A DNA stretch of 64,000 nt. Source: an uncultured Candidatus Saccharibacteria bacterium. GTDB lineage: Bacteria; Patescibacteriota; Minisyncoccia; Phycocordibacterales; DATGWK01. The notes beneath the pieces were generated by a model. It had not been told where the DNA came from. It made no database searches and saw only the letters and a list, made by a program, of their open reading frames with translations. The position numbers and the translations under genes were made by a program. The stretch covers positions 25,884 through 89,883 of the forward strand of contig CAYRZH010000003.1 of the NCBI GenBank assembly GCA_964428845.1, in the 5' to 3' direction. Of this stretch, positions 28,008 through 39,890 are shown in pieces (the first letter of the stretch is position 1; the number at the start of each line of letters is the position of its first letter).

Positions 28008-31000
28008 ATGTCGAAATTCGTCCATCTGCACGTCCATAGCCACTACAGTCTCCTCAATGCATTACCAAAAATTCCAGATCTAGTGGCAACAGCCAAGAAG
28101 TTTGAGATGCCAGCACTAGCTCTTACCGACAATAGCAATCTCTACGGCACGATAGAATTTTATAAGGAATGCAAAAAAGCAGGTATAAAAGCGATTATCG
28201 GTATAGATGCGTATGTGGCAATCCGCACCCGCCACAACAAAGAAGCTCGTGTCGACAGTGTTCGCAACAGACTCGTTCTTCTCGCCCAAAACGAAAACGG
28301 GTACAAGAGCCTTATAAAACTCGTAACTCTGGCCCACCTCGAGGGCTTCTACTACAAACCAAGAATCGACAAAGAACTTATCGAGAAATATTCGGACGGT
28401 TTACTTGCCATTTCGCCTTCATTTAGTGGTGATATCGCGGTAGCAGTTTCCAATGACGATCAGGAAAAAGCTAAAGACCTCATAGCTTGGTACAAAAAGA
28501 TTTTTGGAGCGGATCGATTCTATATAGAAATAACCCATCACCCAGAAATCGAAGGTCATGAAGAGAAGATGCGGAGTCTGGTTGACATCGCCAAAGAAAC
28601 CAAAACTCCTATCGTCGCGGCCCACGATGTCTACTATCTCGATAGGAAAGATCGCCGAGCGAGAGATACGCTGGTTTCGATACAAAATATTGATTTTAGC
28701 GAAAGAAATACCGGTGGCATCGGCGAAAGCAAAGAAGATTTTTCTTTTATATCTCAAGGTGAGGCGGAAAAGTTTTTCAAAGCACTGCCCGAGGCTTTGG
28801 AAAATAGTCTAAAAATTTCTGAAATGTGCAATCTGGAGTTGCCCCTCGGCAAGTGGCTTTTCCCAAACTTCATCGTGGAAAGCGGTTTGAGTCACGATGA
28901 AGAACTTCGTCGTTTGGTCTTCGAGGGAATGAAAATTCGTGGTATCAAAGAGGCACCCGAGGTCCTAGAACGCATCGAGTACGAGCTTAAGGTGATCAAG
29001 GATAAAGGCTACGCACCATACTTCCTCGTCGTTGAAGATCTCCTAAACTACGCACATGAGCACAATATTCTGACCACGATTCGTGGCTCGGTTGCGGGCT
29101 CCCTAGTCACGTACCTCGCGCGTATCACAAATGTGAATCCTCTGACATACAAGCTTCCGTTCGAACGATTTCTAAATGCCGAGAGACCGTCCGCGCCAGA
29201 TATCGACATGGACTTTGCTGACAACCGACGCGACGAAGTCATCGACTATGCCAAAAGAAAATATGGCGCAGACAAAGTGGCCCAGATCGGTACATTCGGT
29301 ACGATGATGGCCCGCGGCGCGGTAAGAGACGTGACACGAGCGCTAGGATACCCATATCCCCTAGGAGACAAGATCGCCAAGCTAATCCCGATAGGCGCTC
29401 AAGGTTTTCCGATGACCATCAATCGAGCTTTTGACGAAGTACCGGAGCTGAAAGAGCTTTACAAGGCAGACAAAGATGTTCAGGAGATCATAGATATGGC
29501 CAAAAAAATCGAGGGTTGTGCCCGCCATATTTCTGTCCACGCTGCAGGTGTAGTCATATCCCCCATTCCACTCACAGAGGTGGTACCGCTACAGTTCGAT
29601 ACAAAAGAAACCGGGAATATCATAACCCAATACGACATGCACTCAATCGACGAGAATAATGCTGGGTTATTGAAGTTTGATTTCCTCGGGATAAAGAATC
29701 TTGCAATCCTTGCTGATGCCGTTTCTTTAGTAGGAAAACTTGAAGGAATATCGATCGACATCGAAAATATTCCCGTTGATGATAAAAGAACATTTGAGAT
29801 GCTTGCACGTGGTGAGACCATAGGACTTTTCCAATTGAACGGGTCTGGGATGACCCGTTTTCTTAAAGATTTGAAACCCTCAACGATTTTTGATATCAAC
29901 GCCATGGTCGCACTCTATCGTCCCGGCCCGATAGAATCGATTCCACAGTACATTGAACGAAAACATAATCCAGCCCTAGTCACATTTCTTGATCCACGGA
30001 TGAAAGACATTCTGTCGCAGTCATACGGGGTCATTACTTACCAAGACGACGTGATGCTTATCGCAATCGAGCTCGCTGGCTATTCTTGGCTTGAAGCCGA
30101 CAAACTTCGTAAAGCCATGGGAAAGAAAATTCCAGAGGAGATGCAGGCCCAAAAAGAAAAACTTCTTAATGGTCTCATAAAAAAAGGAATGTCAAAGGAA
30201 AAATCTGAAAAACTCTGGAAGCTCATTGAACCTTTTGCCGCTTACGGCTTCAACAAAGCTCATGCCGCAAGCTATGGGAAGGTCGCGTACCAGACGGCAT
30301 ACATGAAAGCCAATTTCCCCACCATTTATATGTCAGCGGTGCTTACCGCCGACTCCGGTGACGTCGAGAAGATCGCTGAAATCATCGCCGAGTGCAAGCG
30401 TATGGGCATTGCCGTCCTTGCCCCAAGCATAAATGAAAGTTTCGGTGGGTTTACGGTAGTAAGAGATAGTGAGGTTACCAGGGGCGTTGCCGACAAAACA
30501 ACCGACTCCACCGCTGAAAAAATTCGTTTCGGTCTCCATACCATCAAAAACCTCGGGGAAGGTATCGCGGACACTATTATTTCCGAGAGAAAAAAGAACG
30601 GAAGGTTCAAATCACTCGCCGACTTCCTGGATCGGATAAAGGATAAAAACTTAAACAAAAAATCCCTCGAAGCTTTGATAAAATCCGGAGCGATGGATGA
30701 GCTTGGAGAAAGAGGAGAAATGCTTGGAAACATTGATCAGATCCTTGAGTATAATAAAGAAAAGAATAAATCACCGGAAGGTCAGGACTCGCTTTTTGGT
30801 CTTTTCAGTGACACGTCAAGCGTGCCACAACTCAAACTTTCTCCGGTCAGAGCAGCCACCCAAGAAGAGAAACTCGCCTGGGAGAGAGAACTTCTGGGTC
30901 TATATATTTCTGGTCACCCTCTTGATCGGTTCAAAGAGAAACTCGTAAGCCGTGATTCCAATATTTCAAAGACAAAAGAAACCGCCAAAGAAGGGATGAC

Positions 31001-31238
31001 TGTTGTGATCGGAGGTCTCATCGAGGAGGTCAAGGAAATAAACACAAAAAACGGTGATGTGATGGTTTTTTTAAAAATCACCGATCTTGGTGGTAATATC
31101 GAAGCCGTAGCTTTCCCTCGTACCTTGACCGAGTACAAAAATATTTTGGTGCCAGAACAGTGTGTAGCTATCAAAGGAAAAATTTCTCACAGAAATGGCG
31201 CCGTGAGTATCATTGTGGAGAAAGCAAAGGTGTTGTGA
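28008..31238 (+). CDS. dnaE: DNA polymerase III alpha subunit
   Basis: PHP domain HLHVHSHYSLL, a polymerase core (GLLKFDFLGIKNL) and a C-terminal OB fold. 1076 aa. Confidence 0.9.
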   Translation: MSKFVHLHVHSHYSLLNALPKIPDLVATAKKFEMPALALTDNSNLYGTIEFYKECKKAGIKAIIGIDAYVAIRTRHNKEARVDSVRNRLVLLAQNENGYKSLIKLVTLAHLEGFYYKPRIDKELIEKYSDGLLAISPSFSGDIAVAVSNDDQEKAKDLIAWYKKIFGADRFYIEITHHPEIEGHEEKMRSLVDIAKETKTPIVAAHDVYYLDRKDRRARDTLVSIQNIDFSERNTGGIGESKEDFSFISQGEAEKFFKALPEALENSLKISEMCNLELPLGKWLFPNFIVESGLSHDEELRRLVFEGMKIRGIKEAPEVLERIEYELKVIKDKGYAPYFLVVEDLLNYAHEHNILTTIRGSVAGSLVTYLARITNVNPLTYKLPFERFLNAERPSAPDIDMDFADNRRDEVIDYAKRKYGADKVAQIGTFGTMMARGAVRDVTRALGYPYPLGDKIAKLIPIGAQGFPMTINRAFDEVPELKELYKADKDVQEIIDMAKKIEGCARHISVHAAGVVISPIPLTEVVPLQFDTKETGNIITQYDMHSIDENNAGLLKFDFLGIKNLAILADAVSLVGKLEGISIDIENIPVDDKRTFEMLARGETIGLFQLNGSGMTRFLKDLKPSTIFDINAMVALYRPGPIESIPQYIERKHNPALVTFLDPRMKDILSQSYGVITYQDDVMLIAIELAGYSWLEADKLRKAMGKKIPEEMQAQKEKLLNGLIKKGMSKEKSEKLWKLIEPFAAYGFNKAHAASYGKVAYQTAYMKANFPTIYMSAVLTADSGDVEKIAEIIAECKRMGIAVLAPSINESFGGFTVVRDSEVTRGVADKTTDSTAEKIRFGLHTIKNLGEGIADTIISERKKNGRFKSLADFLDRIKDKNLNKKSLEALIKSGAMDELGERGEMLGNIDQILEYNKEKNKSPEGQDSLFGLFSDTSSVPQLKLSPVRAATQEEKLAWERELLGLYISGHPLDRFKEKLVSRDSNISKTKETAKEGMTVVIGGLIEEVKEINTKNGDVMVFLKITDLGGNIEAVAFPRTLTEYKNILVPEQCVAIKGKISHRNGAVSIIVEKAKVL

Positions 31239-31315
31239 TTTTGATAAAAAACACTCTTTATAATTTTTAATTTTCCTTTTGCCAAACAGACTCAAAAAAA
31301 GCTATAATTTGCCTC

Positions 31316-33061
31316 ATGGATAAACACAGTGATCTAGGGGTGATGCGTCACTCCCTCGCCCACCTCCTCGCCGCCGCCGTCTTGGAGCTCTGGCCAGAGG
31401 CAAAGCCGACAGTCGGTCCGGCGATTGATACTGGTTTTTACTATGATTTTGACCTACCGACCCCCCTCTCCGATAAAGATCTCCCGAAAATAGAGACGCA
31501 GATGCGCAAAATTCTTCCCTCTTGGACTGCCTTCACCCGCAAGGAAGTTACTGAAAAAGAGTCGCGAAAACTTTTCAAAAAAAACCCGTACAAGCTCGAG
31601 CTCATAGACGACATTATAAAAAGTGGCGAGAAAATTACTCTCTACACTTCGGGAGACTTCACTGACCTATGTCGCGGCGGACATGTAGAAAATCCGGCAA
31701 AAGATATCAATCCAGAGAGTTTTAAACTAGAGCGTGTCGCTGGTGCCTATTGGCGCGGTGATGAGAAAAATAAAATGCTAACGCGTATTTATGGCTTGGC
31801 CTTTGGTAGCAAAAAAGAACTCGATGATTTTATCGCCCAAAGAGAAGAAGCAAAAAAACGTGATCACAAAAAGCTCGGCAAAGAGCTAGGCCTCTTCGTT
31901 TTCTCGGAGCTGGTAGGGCCAGGCCTCCCTCTCTGGACTCCGAAAGGCACCATTATCCGCGAGCTTCTGAACGACTACGTTTGGCAGTTGCGCAAAGAAA
32001 AGGGGTACATGAAGGTGGCAATCCCCCACATCACAAAGAAGGGACTCTATGAAATCTCTGGACACTGGACAAAGTTTGCCAACGAACTCTTCAAGATCAC
32101 CACCCGCGAGAACCACCTCTTTGCCATGAAGCCGATGAATTGCCCGCACCACACCCAAATATTTGCAAGCTCACCCAAGAGTTACCGCGACATGCCGCAG
32201 AGATATTGCGAGACCACCATGGTTTACCGCGACGAACAGTCTGGAGAACTTTCGGGTCTCTCGCGTGTCCTCTCTATCACCCAAGATGACGCCCACGTAT
32301 TTTGCAGGAAAAATCAGATCGAAGAAGAAGTTTTTGCCGTTTGGGATATTATTGACAAGTTCTACGGAGCCTTTGGCTTCGAACTTTCGGTACGCTTTTC
32401 AAAACACGATGACAAACATTTTGAGAAATACATCGGCACTCCAGAGATTTGGAAGAGCTCCGAAGAGCAGCTCCAGAGTCTTATAGAGAAGCGCGGTGTG
32501 GAGTGGGTAGACGGTGCGGGTGAAGCAGCTCTTTACGGACCAAAGATAGACTTTATGACCAAGGATTCAATAGGTAGAACTCTGCAGATCGCCACGATCC
32601 AGCTCGACTTCAATACCCCAAAAAGCTTTGACTTGGTCTGTGTAAATGAAAAGGGTGAGCGTGAACAGGTGGTGATGATCCATGCCGCCATCATGGGTTC
32701 GATAGAGAGATTTATGGGAACTTTGATCGAGCACTATGCTGGCGCGTTTCCAGTTTGGCTTTCCCCTGTTCAGATAAAGATTCTACCAGTCAGTGAAAAC
32801 CAATTTACCCTTGGAAAGGAAATTTTAAATGAATTTAAAAAACATGATATTCGCGCAGAGCTTGATCTCGACAACGAAGGACTTGGTAAGAAAGTCCGCA
32901 ACGCGAAAGTAGAAAAAGTGCCATACTTCATCGTCGTCGGAGAAAAAGAGGCTCAATCAAAAAGATTCAATCTTGAAAAGCGTGAGGGTGAGAAAACCGA
33001 GGGTTTGGAAATAGAAAATGTTGTAGGAAAACTTCTCGAGGAGATTATCAGCAAAAAATAA
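31316..33061 (+). CDS. thrS: Threonyl-tRNA synthetase, short form lacking the N-terminal TGS/editing extension
   Basis: MRHSLAHLLAAAV N-terminus, class II motifs, and an anticodon-binding C-terminus. Confidence 0.85.
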   Translation: MDKHSDLGVMRHSLAHLLAAAVLELWPEAKPTVGPAIDTGFYYDFDLPTPLSDKDLPKIETQMRKILPSWTAFTRKEVTEKESRKLFKKNPYKLELIDDIIKSGEKITLYTSGDFTDLCRGGHVENPAKDINPESFKLERVAGAYWRGDEKNKMLTRIYGLAFGSKKELDDFIAQREEAKKRDHKKLGKELGLFVFSELVGPGLPLWTPKGTIIRELLNDYVWQLRKEKGYMKVAIPHITKKGLYEISGHWTKFANELFKITTRENHLFAMKPMNCPHHTQIFASSPKSYRDMPQRYCETTMVYRDEQSGELSGLSRVLSITQDDAHVFCRKNQIEEEVFAVWDIIDKFYGAFGFELSVRFSKHDDKHFEKYIGTPEIWKSSEEQLQSLIEKRGVEWVDGAGEAALYGPKIDFMTKDSIGRTLQIATIQLDFNTPKSFDLVCVNEKGEREQVVMIHAAIMGSIERFMGTLIEHYAGAFPVWLSPVQIKILPVSENQFTLGKEILNEFKKHDIRAELDLDNEGLGKKVRNAKVEKVPYFIVVGEKEAQSKRFNLEKREGEKTEGLEIENVVGKLLEEIISKK

Positions 33062-33067
33062 TAAAAA

Positions 33068-33130
33068 AAGAACCCGCCCTGCCGACAGAGCGGGTTCCGA
33101 ATCCGCAGAACACCCACGGATTCTTCTTCG
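33068..33130. terminator. Tandem GC hairpins after thrS. A-run on the 5' side and T-rich 3' side, so it can terminate in both directions.
   Basis: gaacccgccctgccgacagagcgggttc and gaatccgcagaacacccacggattc stems. The minus-strand reading ends in TTTTTTT. Confidence 0.55.
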
Positions 33131-33303
33131 CCAAATCAGAATTGTATTTTTTAGTGCTCCTTAAGTCAAGACCCTACCAATCAAGAAAAACCCGCCCCGG
33201 ACCCTCCGCGAAGGAGGACGGAAGCGGGTTCCCACGATAGGCGACGATCGCCCACGTGTGCAAAAAATATCGTATTACATCTTTCGACCCAGATCAATCT
33301 CAT

Positions 33304-33442
33304 AAAAAAATGGGGCCCGCTCGCGCGAAGCGCAAACGGGCCCCGGGGGCGGGGGCTCTGTAATCCCCCCTGGCTACAGCCACCACCGCCTACCCCCCAA
33401 CGGTCCATCGGCATATTAAACTGAACACATTTTTTTGTCAAA
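33304..33442 (-). ncRNA. Candidate small RNA unit: a consensus promoter (TTGACA-N17-TAATAT at 33408-33442), about 95 nt of GC-rich structured sequence, then a terminator (ggggcccg...cgggcccc + T7 at 33304-33350)
   Basis: Promoter and terminator both read on the minus strand. No RBS-plus-ORF that avoids the terminator. Family unknown. Confidence 0.35.
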
Positions 33443-33490
33443 TGCTAGAAACGACCCGAGCATGCAGCACATTATCAAAAATTTAGATCA

Positions 33491-33523
33491 AAAAGGCCTG
33501 CCCACGCCATCGTGGACAGGCCG
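33491..33523 (-). terminator. Likely gyrB terminator
   Basis: ggcctgcccacg...cgtggacaggcc stem with T5 on the minus strand, 108 nt past the gyrB stop. Confidence 0.6.
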
Positions 33524-33630
33524 ATCTAGCCGACGGGCTCGCGGCACTTGGTCTAACGGCCCACCAAGCACTCACGTACACCCGCGGCAGATCCCCCCCG
33601 ATATAAAAAATACATTGTCCGCGACAAATG

Positions 33631-35736
<2,106 letters not shown>

Positions 35737-35891
35737 CTATCTGTAGCGCGAATCCGCCTATTACAGGCGGATGGTACTATCAAAAAAGCCTTATAATATA
35801 TGGTTATTTATTCATCAATTGTATCAAAGCCTCACCTTAAAAACAAGCCTAAAATGGCCTAAAATATGGGGGGTTGTGGGTAACTTTCTTG

Positions 35892-35919
35892 CTTGACAAA
35901 AAAATATTTAGGTGTATAA
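35892..35919 (+). promoter_or_regulatory. Consensus sigma-70 promoter (TTGACA-N16-TATAAT)
   Basis: cttgacaaaaaaatatttaggtgtataatg. Confidence 0.6.
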
Positions 35920-35996
35920 TGATGTCTAGAGATGCTGGAGAAGAGGCCCAATGGGGGCAGCACCAGCATCTTTGGCTCCTTTTAGGGGAGATGTCC

Positions 35997-36173
35997 CATG
36001 AGGCTTCGCATCGAGGGTGGCATGGTCTACGGCCCGAACGATCACAAGACGTTCGAGGATCTCCGTGAGGACGGGTTCTCCGAGAACCCGCCCGTCAGGG
36101 TGATCCGGCCGCGGACGAAGGCGAAGCGGTCTTCCGGGAATTCCCGGGTGACCAACGGCAAGCGGCAGCGCTA
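35997..36173 (+). CDS. High-GC small ORF (58 aa, MRLRIEGGMVYGPNDHKTFEDLREDGFSENPPVRVIRPRTKAKRSSGNSRVTNGKRQR) with a strongly basic C-terminus
   Basis: SD AGGGGAG 7 nt upstream. A consensus promoter lies 80 nt upstream and a strong terminator 47 nt downstream. Missed by the ORF track's 60-aa cutoff. The region could alternatively be a noncoding RNA. Confidence 0.4.
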
Positions 36174-36220
36174 GCCGGCCCAGGGGGGGACATCTACTGA
36201 CCTTTTGTTTCGGTCGGGAA

Positions 36221-36254
36221 AGGCTCGCGCTTGTTTGCGAGCCTTTTGTTTTTG
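36221..36254 (+). terminator. Rho-independent terminator
   Basis: aggctcgc gcttgttt gcgagcct followed by tttgttttt. Confidence 0.7.
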
Positions 36255-36262
36255 TAAAAAAA

Positions 36263-38224
36263 CTATCTAGTTTGCCAACCTGATTCCGAATTGAAACTTT
36301 TTGTAATCCTATCCATAATTTCATTTACTTCGACGTCTGTGAGTGTTCGTTCCTCCGATTGGAACACTAGTCGAAAGGCATAGGATATCTTTTCTACCCC
36401 ATCTGGGGATTTTTTTGTAAAAGTATCAAAGAGAAAATGGTTTACAAGAAGAGGACTTTTTGTCTTTAGAATCTTTTTTAACACCTTATCTCCTGAAACT
36501 TTGATCGGTACAAAAACAGCAATGTCTCGAACTACAAATGGGTATGGGGACGGTTTTTTGTATTGGGCAATATTTCTGAAAGATTCTTCTGGGTCAGGGC
36601 CAACGGGGTCCGGAAGATGAGCAATCAGTTTCGTTAGGTCAACCTCGGCGACTCCATTGCCCGAAAACCCGATTATATCTGTTGGCAAGGTTTCTTCAGA
36701 AAGCTCCCTAAAGACTTTCTTCAAGATTTCGTCCGGAGATGTTAGCAGGTCCGCCCTTTTATTGGGCTGTCTACCCCTGACACCAATGCCGAGCGACAGG
36801 TGCTCCCCCGCCTGGCTAAAAATATTTCCTATCTCAAAAACTTTTACTTGGGAAATACCTAGAAGATCAACCAGACTGATGTTGTGGCTTAAGACCTTCT
36901 CGATAGCTGGAGCAAGTGAGTTGCGCAGAAATCCTTTATCCGAAGCAATAGGGTTAGCCACTTCCACTTCCCCATTCTTCTGGAAGGCATATGTGTATAC
37001 TTCACAAAAACCCTGGCCGACTAGAATTTTTCTTATCTTTTCCTGGTAGTAGAAAATCTTATTTACTGCCGCCCTCTGACCTTCGCCGAGAGAGGCACTT
37101 CCGATATTTTCATAACCAAAAAAACGTCCGAATTCCTCGACAAGATCTTCCTTAATTCTCAAATCCAACCTTTCCGATGGAATCTCAACTACAAATTTCT
37201 TATCTTCCTTAATAACACTAGAAACGTAATCCCATCGGAATCCGGCCTTGGTAAAAATATCTGAAACCTTTCTTAGATTTGTTTTTATACCTAGACAATT
37301 TTCTATATCTTCAAGTGAGATACTTATACTATGCCTTTCTTCTTTTTTAGGATATATATCCAAAATATCAATCGAGATTTTACCACCAGCAGTTTTTTCG
37401 ATAAAACTTGAGAGAAGTTCTACGGCTTCAGGAACAATCTCGGCTGTTATGCCGTTTTCGAAACGGATAGAGGCGTCGGTTCGGAGACCGAGGGTTTTGG
37501 ATGTTTTGCGTATTGAGATGGGATCGAAATTGCAAGCAGAGATAAGAACATTCTTTGTATTCTCATCAATCGCCGAGGATATCCCTCCTTTAATACCTGC
37601 AATATCGAGAGCTTTGATCTCGTCGCTTATGACGAGTGCTTCGCTCGAAAGAGTATATGTTTTGCCGTCGAGACATCCTAGAGTTTCCCCATCCTTAGCA
37701 TTTCTTATCTTTAATTTTTTCTTCTGCTCGCCGGAGATTTTATCAAGATCAAATGTATGTACCGGCTGGCCAGTTTCAAGCATCACAAAGTTGGCAGAGT
37801 CGACGATGTTGTTTATCGACTTTTGACCGACGGCATTTAGATATTTCTTGAGCCAGTCTGGTGACTCCCCCACTTTTACACCGACCACAACCCTTTTGGC
37901 GGCACGATAACACTTCGCGCCGCTCTCGATCTCAAGAGAAATAAAGTCAGCTGTTTTTATAGCTGGATCTGTCTTCGAACGTTCGGGTTCATAAGAAAGT
38001 TTTCTTGACAGTAGAGCTGAAATTTCACGAGCAATGCCTTTTTCGGAAAGACAATCATGACTCCGGTTTGGTAAAACTTTTACATCAAGCACACTGTCGT
38101 CCGAGATCGACTCGATAGATTCGACCTCGAAAGCGTGCATAGTCAGTAGTTCTGATATTTTCTTGGGAGCAGGCAGGCTTTTACTAAAAAATCTATCGTT
38201 TAGCCAGTTGTAGGAAATTTTCAT
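36263..38224 (-). CDS. pheT: Phenylalanyl-tRNA synthetase beta subunit (short, 653 aa)
   Basis: B3/4 and B5 domain blocks and a C-terminal FDBD-like region. Directly downstream of pheS. Confidence 0.8.
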   Translation of the reverse strand: MKISYNWLNDRFFSKSLPAPKKISELLTMHAFEVESIESISDDSVLDVKVLPNRSHDCLSEKGIAREISALLSRKLSYEPERSKTDPAIKTADFISLEIESGAKCYRAAKRVVVGVKVGESPDWLKKYLNAVGQKSINNIVDSANFVMLETGQPVHTFDLDKISGEQKKKLKIRNAKDGETLGCLDGKTYTLSSEALVISDEIKALDIAGIKGGISSAIDENTKNVLISACNFDPISIRKTSKTLGLRTDASIRFENGITAEIVPEAVELLSSFIEKTAGGKISIDILDIYPKKEERHSISISLEDIENCLGIKTNLRKVSDIFTKAGFRWDYVSSVIKEDKKFVVEIPSERLDLRIKEDLVEEFGRFFGYENIGSASLGEGQRAAVNKIFYYQEKIRKILVGQGFCEVYTYAFQKNGEVEVANPIASDKGFLRNSLAPAIEKVLSHNISLVDLLGISQVKVFEIGNIFSQAGEHLSLGIGVRGRQPNKRADLLTSPDEILKKVFRELSEETLPTDIIGFSGNGVAEVDLTKLIAHLPDPVGPDPEESFRNIAQYKKPSPYPFVVRDIAVFVPIKVSGDKVLKKILKTKSPLLVNHFLFDTFTKKSPDGVEKISYAFRLVFQSEERTLTDVEVNEIMDRITKSFNSESGWQTR

Positions 38225-38229
38225 AAAAT

Positions 38230-38991
38230 TTAAAACTGCGACACTAGACGCAAATCACCATTGTAGAGTTCGCGAACGTCACCAATAGAGTACTTGAGCA
38301 TTGCCAGCCGATCTATACCACAACCAAATGCAAATCCTTGATATTTTTCTGGATCAATGTTGACTCCCTCAAGAACTTTTGGGTGAACCATCCCCGCACC
38401 CATAATTTCGATCCAGCCTGTTCCTTTGCAGACAGGGCAGGTAGTCTCTTTTCCACGGCATTTGAAACACGACATATCTACCTCAACTCCGGGTTCAACA
38501 AATGGAAAGTAACTCGGACGCATCCGGACATTGGCCTTTTTACCAAAAAACTCACTGAAGAATTTCTCCAAAACCCACTTCAAGTTGGCAAGAGAAATGT
38601 TGGCGTCTATGGCTAGTCCTTCGATTTGAAAAAATTGAGCTTCGTGTGTGGCATCTGTAGCTTCATGCCGGAAAACCTTTCCAGGAGAAATAATGCGAAT
38701 GGGTGGAGTATGAGACTCCATGTATCGGATCTGAACGGGAGAGGTATGAGTACGCAGTAGACGACGGGTATTCTCCGGTTTAAGCCAAAAGGTGTCCCAC
38801 ATATCACGCGCTGGGTGGTAAGCCGGTATGTTTAAGGCGTCAAAGTTGTAATGCTCGGTTTCGATCTCTGGACCTTCTGCGTACCCAAATCCAAGATTGT
38901 AAAATATTTGATTGCACTCCGAAATAATCTGCGAGAGCGGATGTTTGTGTCCCAATTTCTCTTTATCATCAGCCCAGTTTTTCTCCCCCAT
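38230..38991 (-). CDS. pheS: Phenylalanyl-tRNA synthetase alpha subunit (catalytic core only)
   Basis: Class II motifs (FRHEATDATHEAQFFQIEG, SYFPFVEPGVEVD, GAGMVHPKVLE). Confidence 0.85.
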   Translation of the reverse strand: MGEKNWADDKEKLGHKHPLSQIISECNQIFYNLGFGYAEGPEIETEHYNFDALNIPAYHPARDMWDTFWLKPENTRRLLRTHTSPVQIRYMESHTPPIRIISPGKVFRHEATDATHEAQFFQIEGLAIDANISLANLKWVLEKFFSEFFGKKANVRMRPSYFPFVEPGVEVDMSCFKCRGKETTCPVCKGTGWIEIMGAGMVHPKVLEGVNIDPEKYQGFAFGCGIDRLAMLKYSIGDVRELYNGDLRLVSQF

Positions 38992-39002
38992 ATTTCTAAA
39001 AT

Positions 39003-39863
39003 TTATTCTAAATCTATTGAATAGAAACGGTTACTGTCTTTTATATAAACCACCTCTTTGTCGACCCTAAAGTCAGGGTCTTCGCCCTTAAAGAGTGGGT
39101 AGAAATTGTGATAAGTTCGGTTGTCGATCTCCATGGCATAGATACTGCGATCGAGTGTTAACATAATAACATCATCCCGCCGAGGGTAGAAATCAATCTG
39201 GCCGATTGGAGAGTAGGCTGTGAACACTTTCAGAGTTTTCGAACAAGGTTTTGTTGGGCAAAAATATGGTGGGGTTCGGTCTTCAGGGCCAAGCCACGAA
39301 GCAAAGATCAAGTTGTCATCTTTCCAAACTTTTATGTTTTTGTTGGCAATCGTCACCAGACCTTGTTTTTCGACCAAACCATCATCTGTTTCGGTCGAAG
39401 CTCCAGCCAGAGTACCAGCGAGACTCTTGGGTTTTGTAAAAAACAGGTTTTGCAAATCCTTGTAGATTTCATTTGTTCGAAAGATTTCTTTAACAGGAAG
39501 CGATCGTGGAATAAGAAGCGGATAAAGAGCTGATACTTCGCCTTGTAGAACAGGCACAATTTTGGCCCAAGGCCAAAATGCATCATTACCTGTAAGCACC
39601 AAATATTCTTTTGGTTTGAGATTTTTTACCAAAACCTCTCTTTGGAAAAGACTGGTAGTACGTTTGAGTTCATTGCCAATGTAAACATCTATGTCTGGCT
39701 TTGCTACAGAGACATATATACCACCACGACCATAAAAGCCGTTGGTAAGATCAATGGAATAACCCATCGAATAAAAAATGAGTATTGGTATGCAAAAAAC
39801 AAAGAATAAAACAAAAACAATAAAATATATGATTCTCTTTCTTTGGGATGCTGTTTTGGGCAT
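39003..39863 (-). CDS. Hypothetical membrane-anchored extracytoplasmic protein next to the GT2 synthase
   Basis: Single N-terminal TM (IIYFIVFVLFFVFCIPILIFY). No recognisable domain. Confidence 0.4.
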   Translation of the reverse strand: MPKTASQRKRIIYFIVFVLFFVFCIPILIFYSMGYSIDLTNGFYGRGGIYVSVAKPDIDVYIGNELKRTTSLFQREVLVKNLKPKEYLVLTGNDAFWPWAKIVPVLQGEVSALYPLLIPRSLPVKEIFRTNEIYKDLQNLFFTKPKSLAGTLAGASTETDDGLVEKQGLVTIANKNIKVWKDDNLIFASWLGPEDRTPPYFCPTKPCSKTLKVFTAYSPIGQIDFYPRRDDVIMLTLDRSIYAMEIDNRTYHNFYPLFKGEDPDFRVDKEVVYIKDSNRFYSIDLE

Positions 39864-39890
39864 GTTTAATCTGTATAGTATAACAACAAA

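Noticed and set aside
33304-33400. tmRNA, SRP RNA or RNase P RNA in the GC-rich thrS-gyrB spacer (e.g. GGGGG-loop-CCCCC followed by CCACCA resembling a tmRNA T-arm)
   Set aside because: The loop is 9 nt without a T-psi-C consensus. There is no GGUUUCGACG-like 5' end, no AGCAGCC SRP motif and no RNase P P4 sequences, and the lengths are wrong.
35920-36160. Restriction-site-like palindromes (TCTAGA, ccgggaattcccgg with EcoRI/SmaI, CTCGAGCTC in hairpin elements) as a hint of a cloning-vector or synthetic insert
   Set aside because: Short palindromes are expected by chance in GC-rich hairpin-forming sequence. The surrounding context (promoters, terminators, paralogs) is biologically coherent and shows no vector backbone features.
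35874-36324. Track ORFs 35874-36068 (+, 64 aa) and 35926-36324 (-, 132 aa) in the same GC island
   Set aside because: - The 64-aa ORF starts upstream of the predicted -10/TSS and has no SD.
- The minus-strand ORF runs against the promoter and through the terminator.
- The SD-preceded 58-aa plus-strand ORF is the better candidate, though still uncertain.
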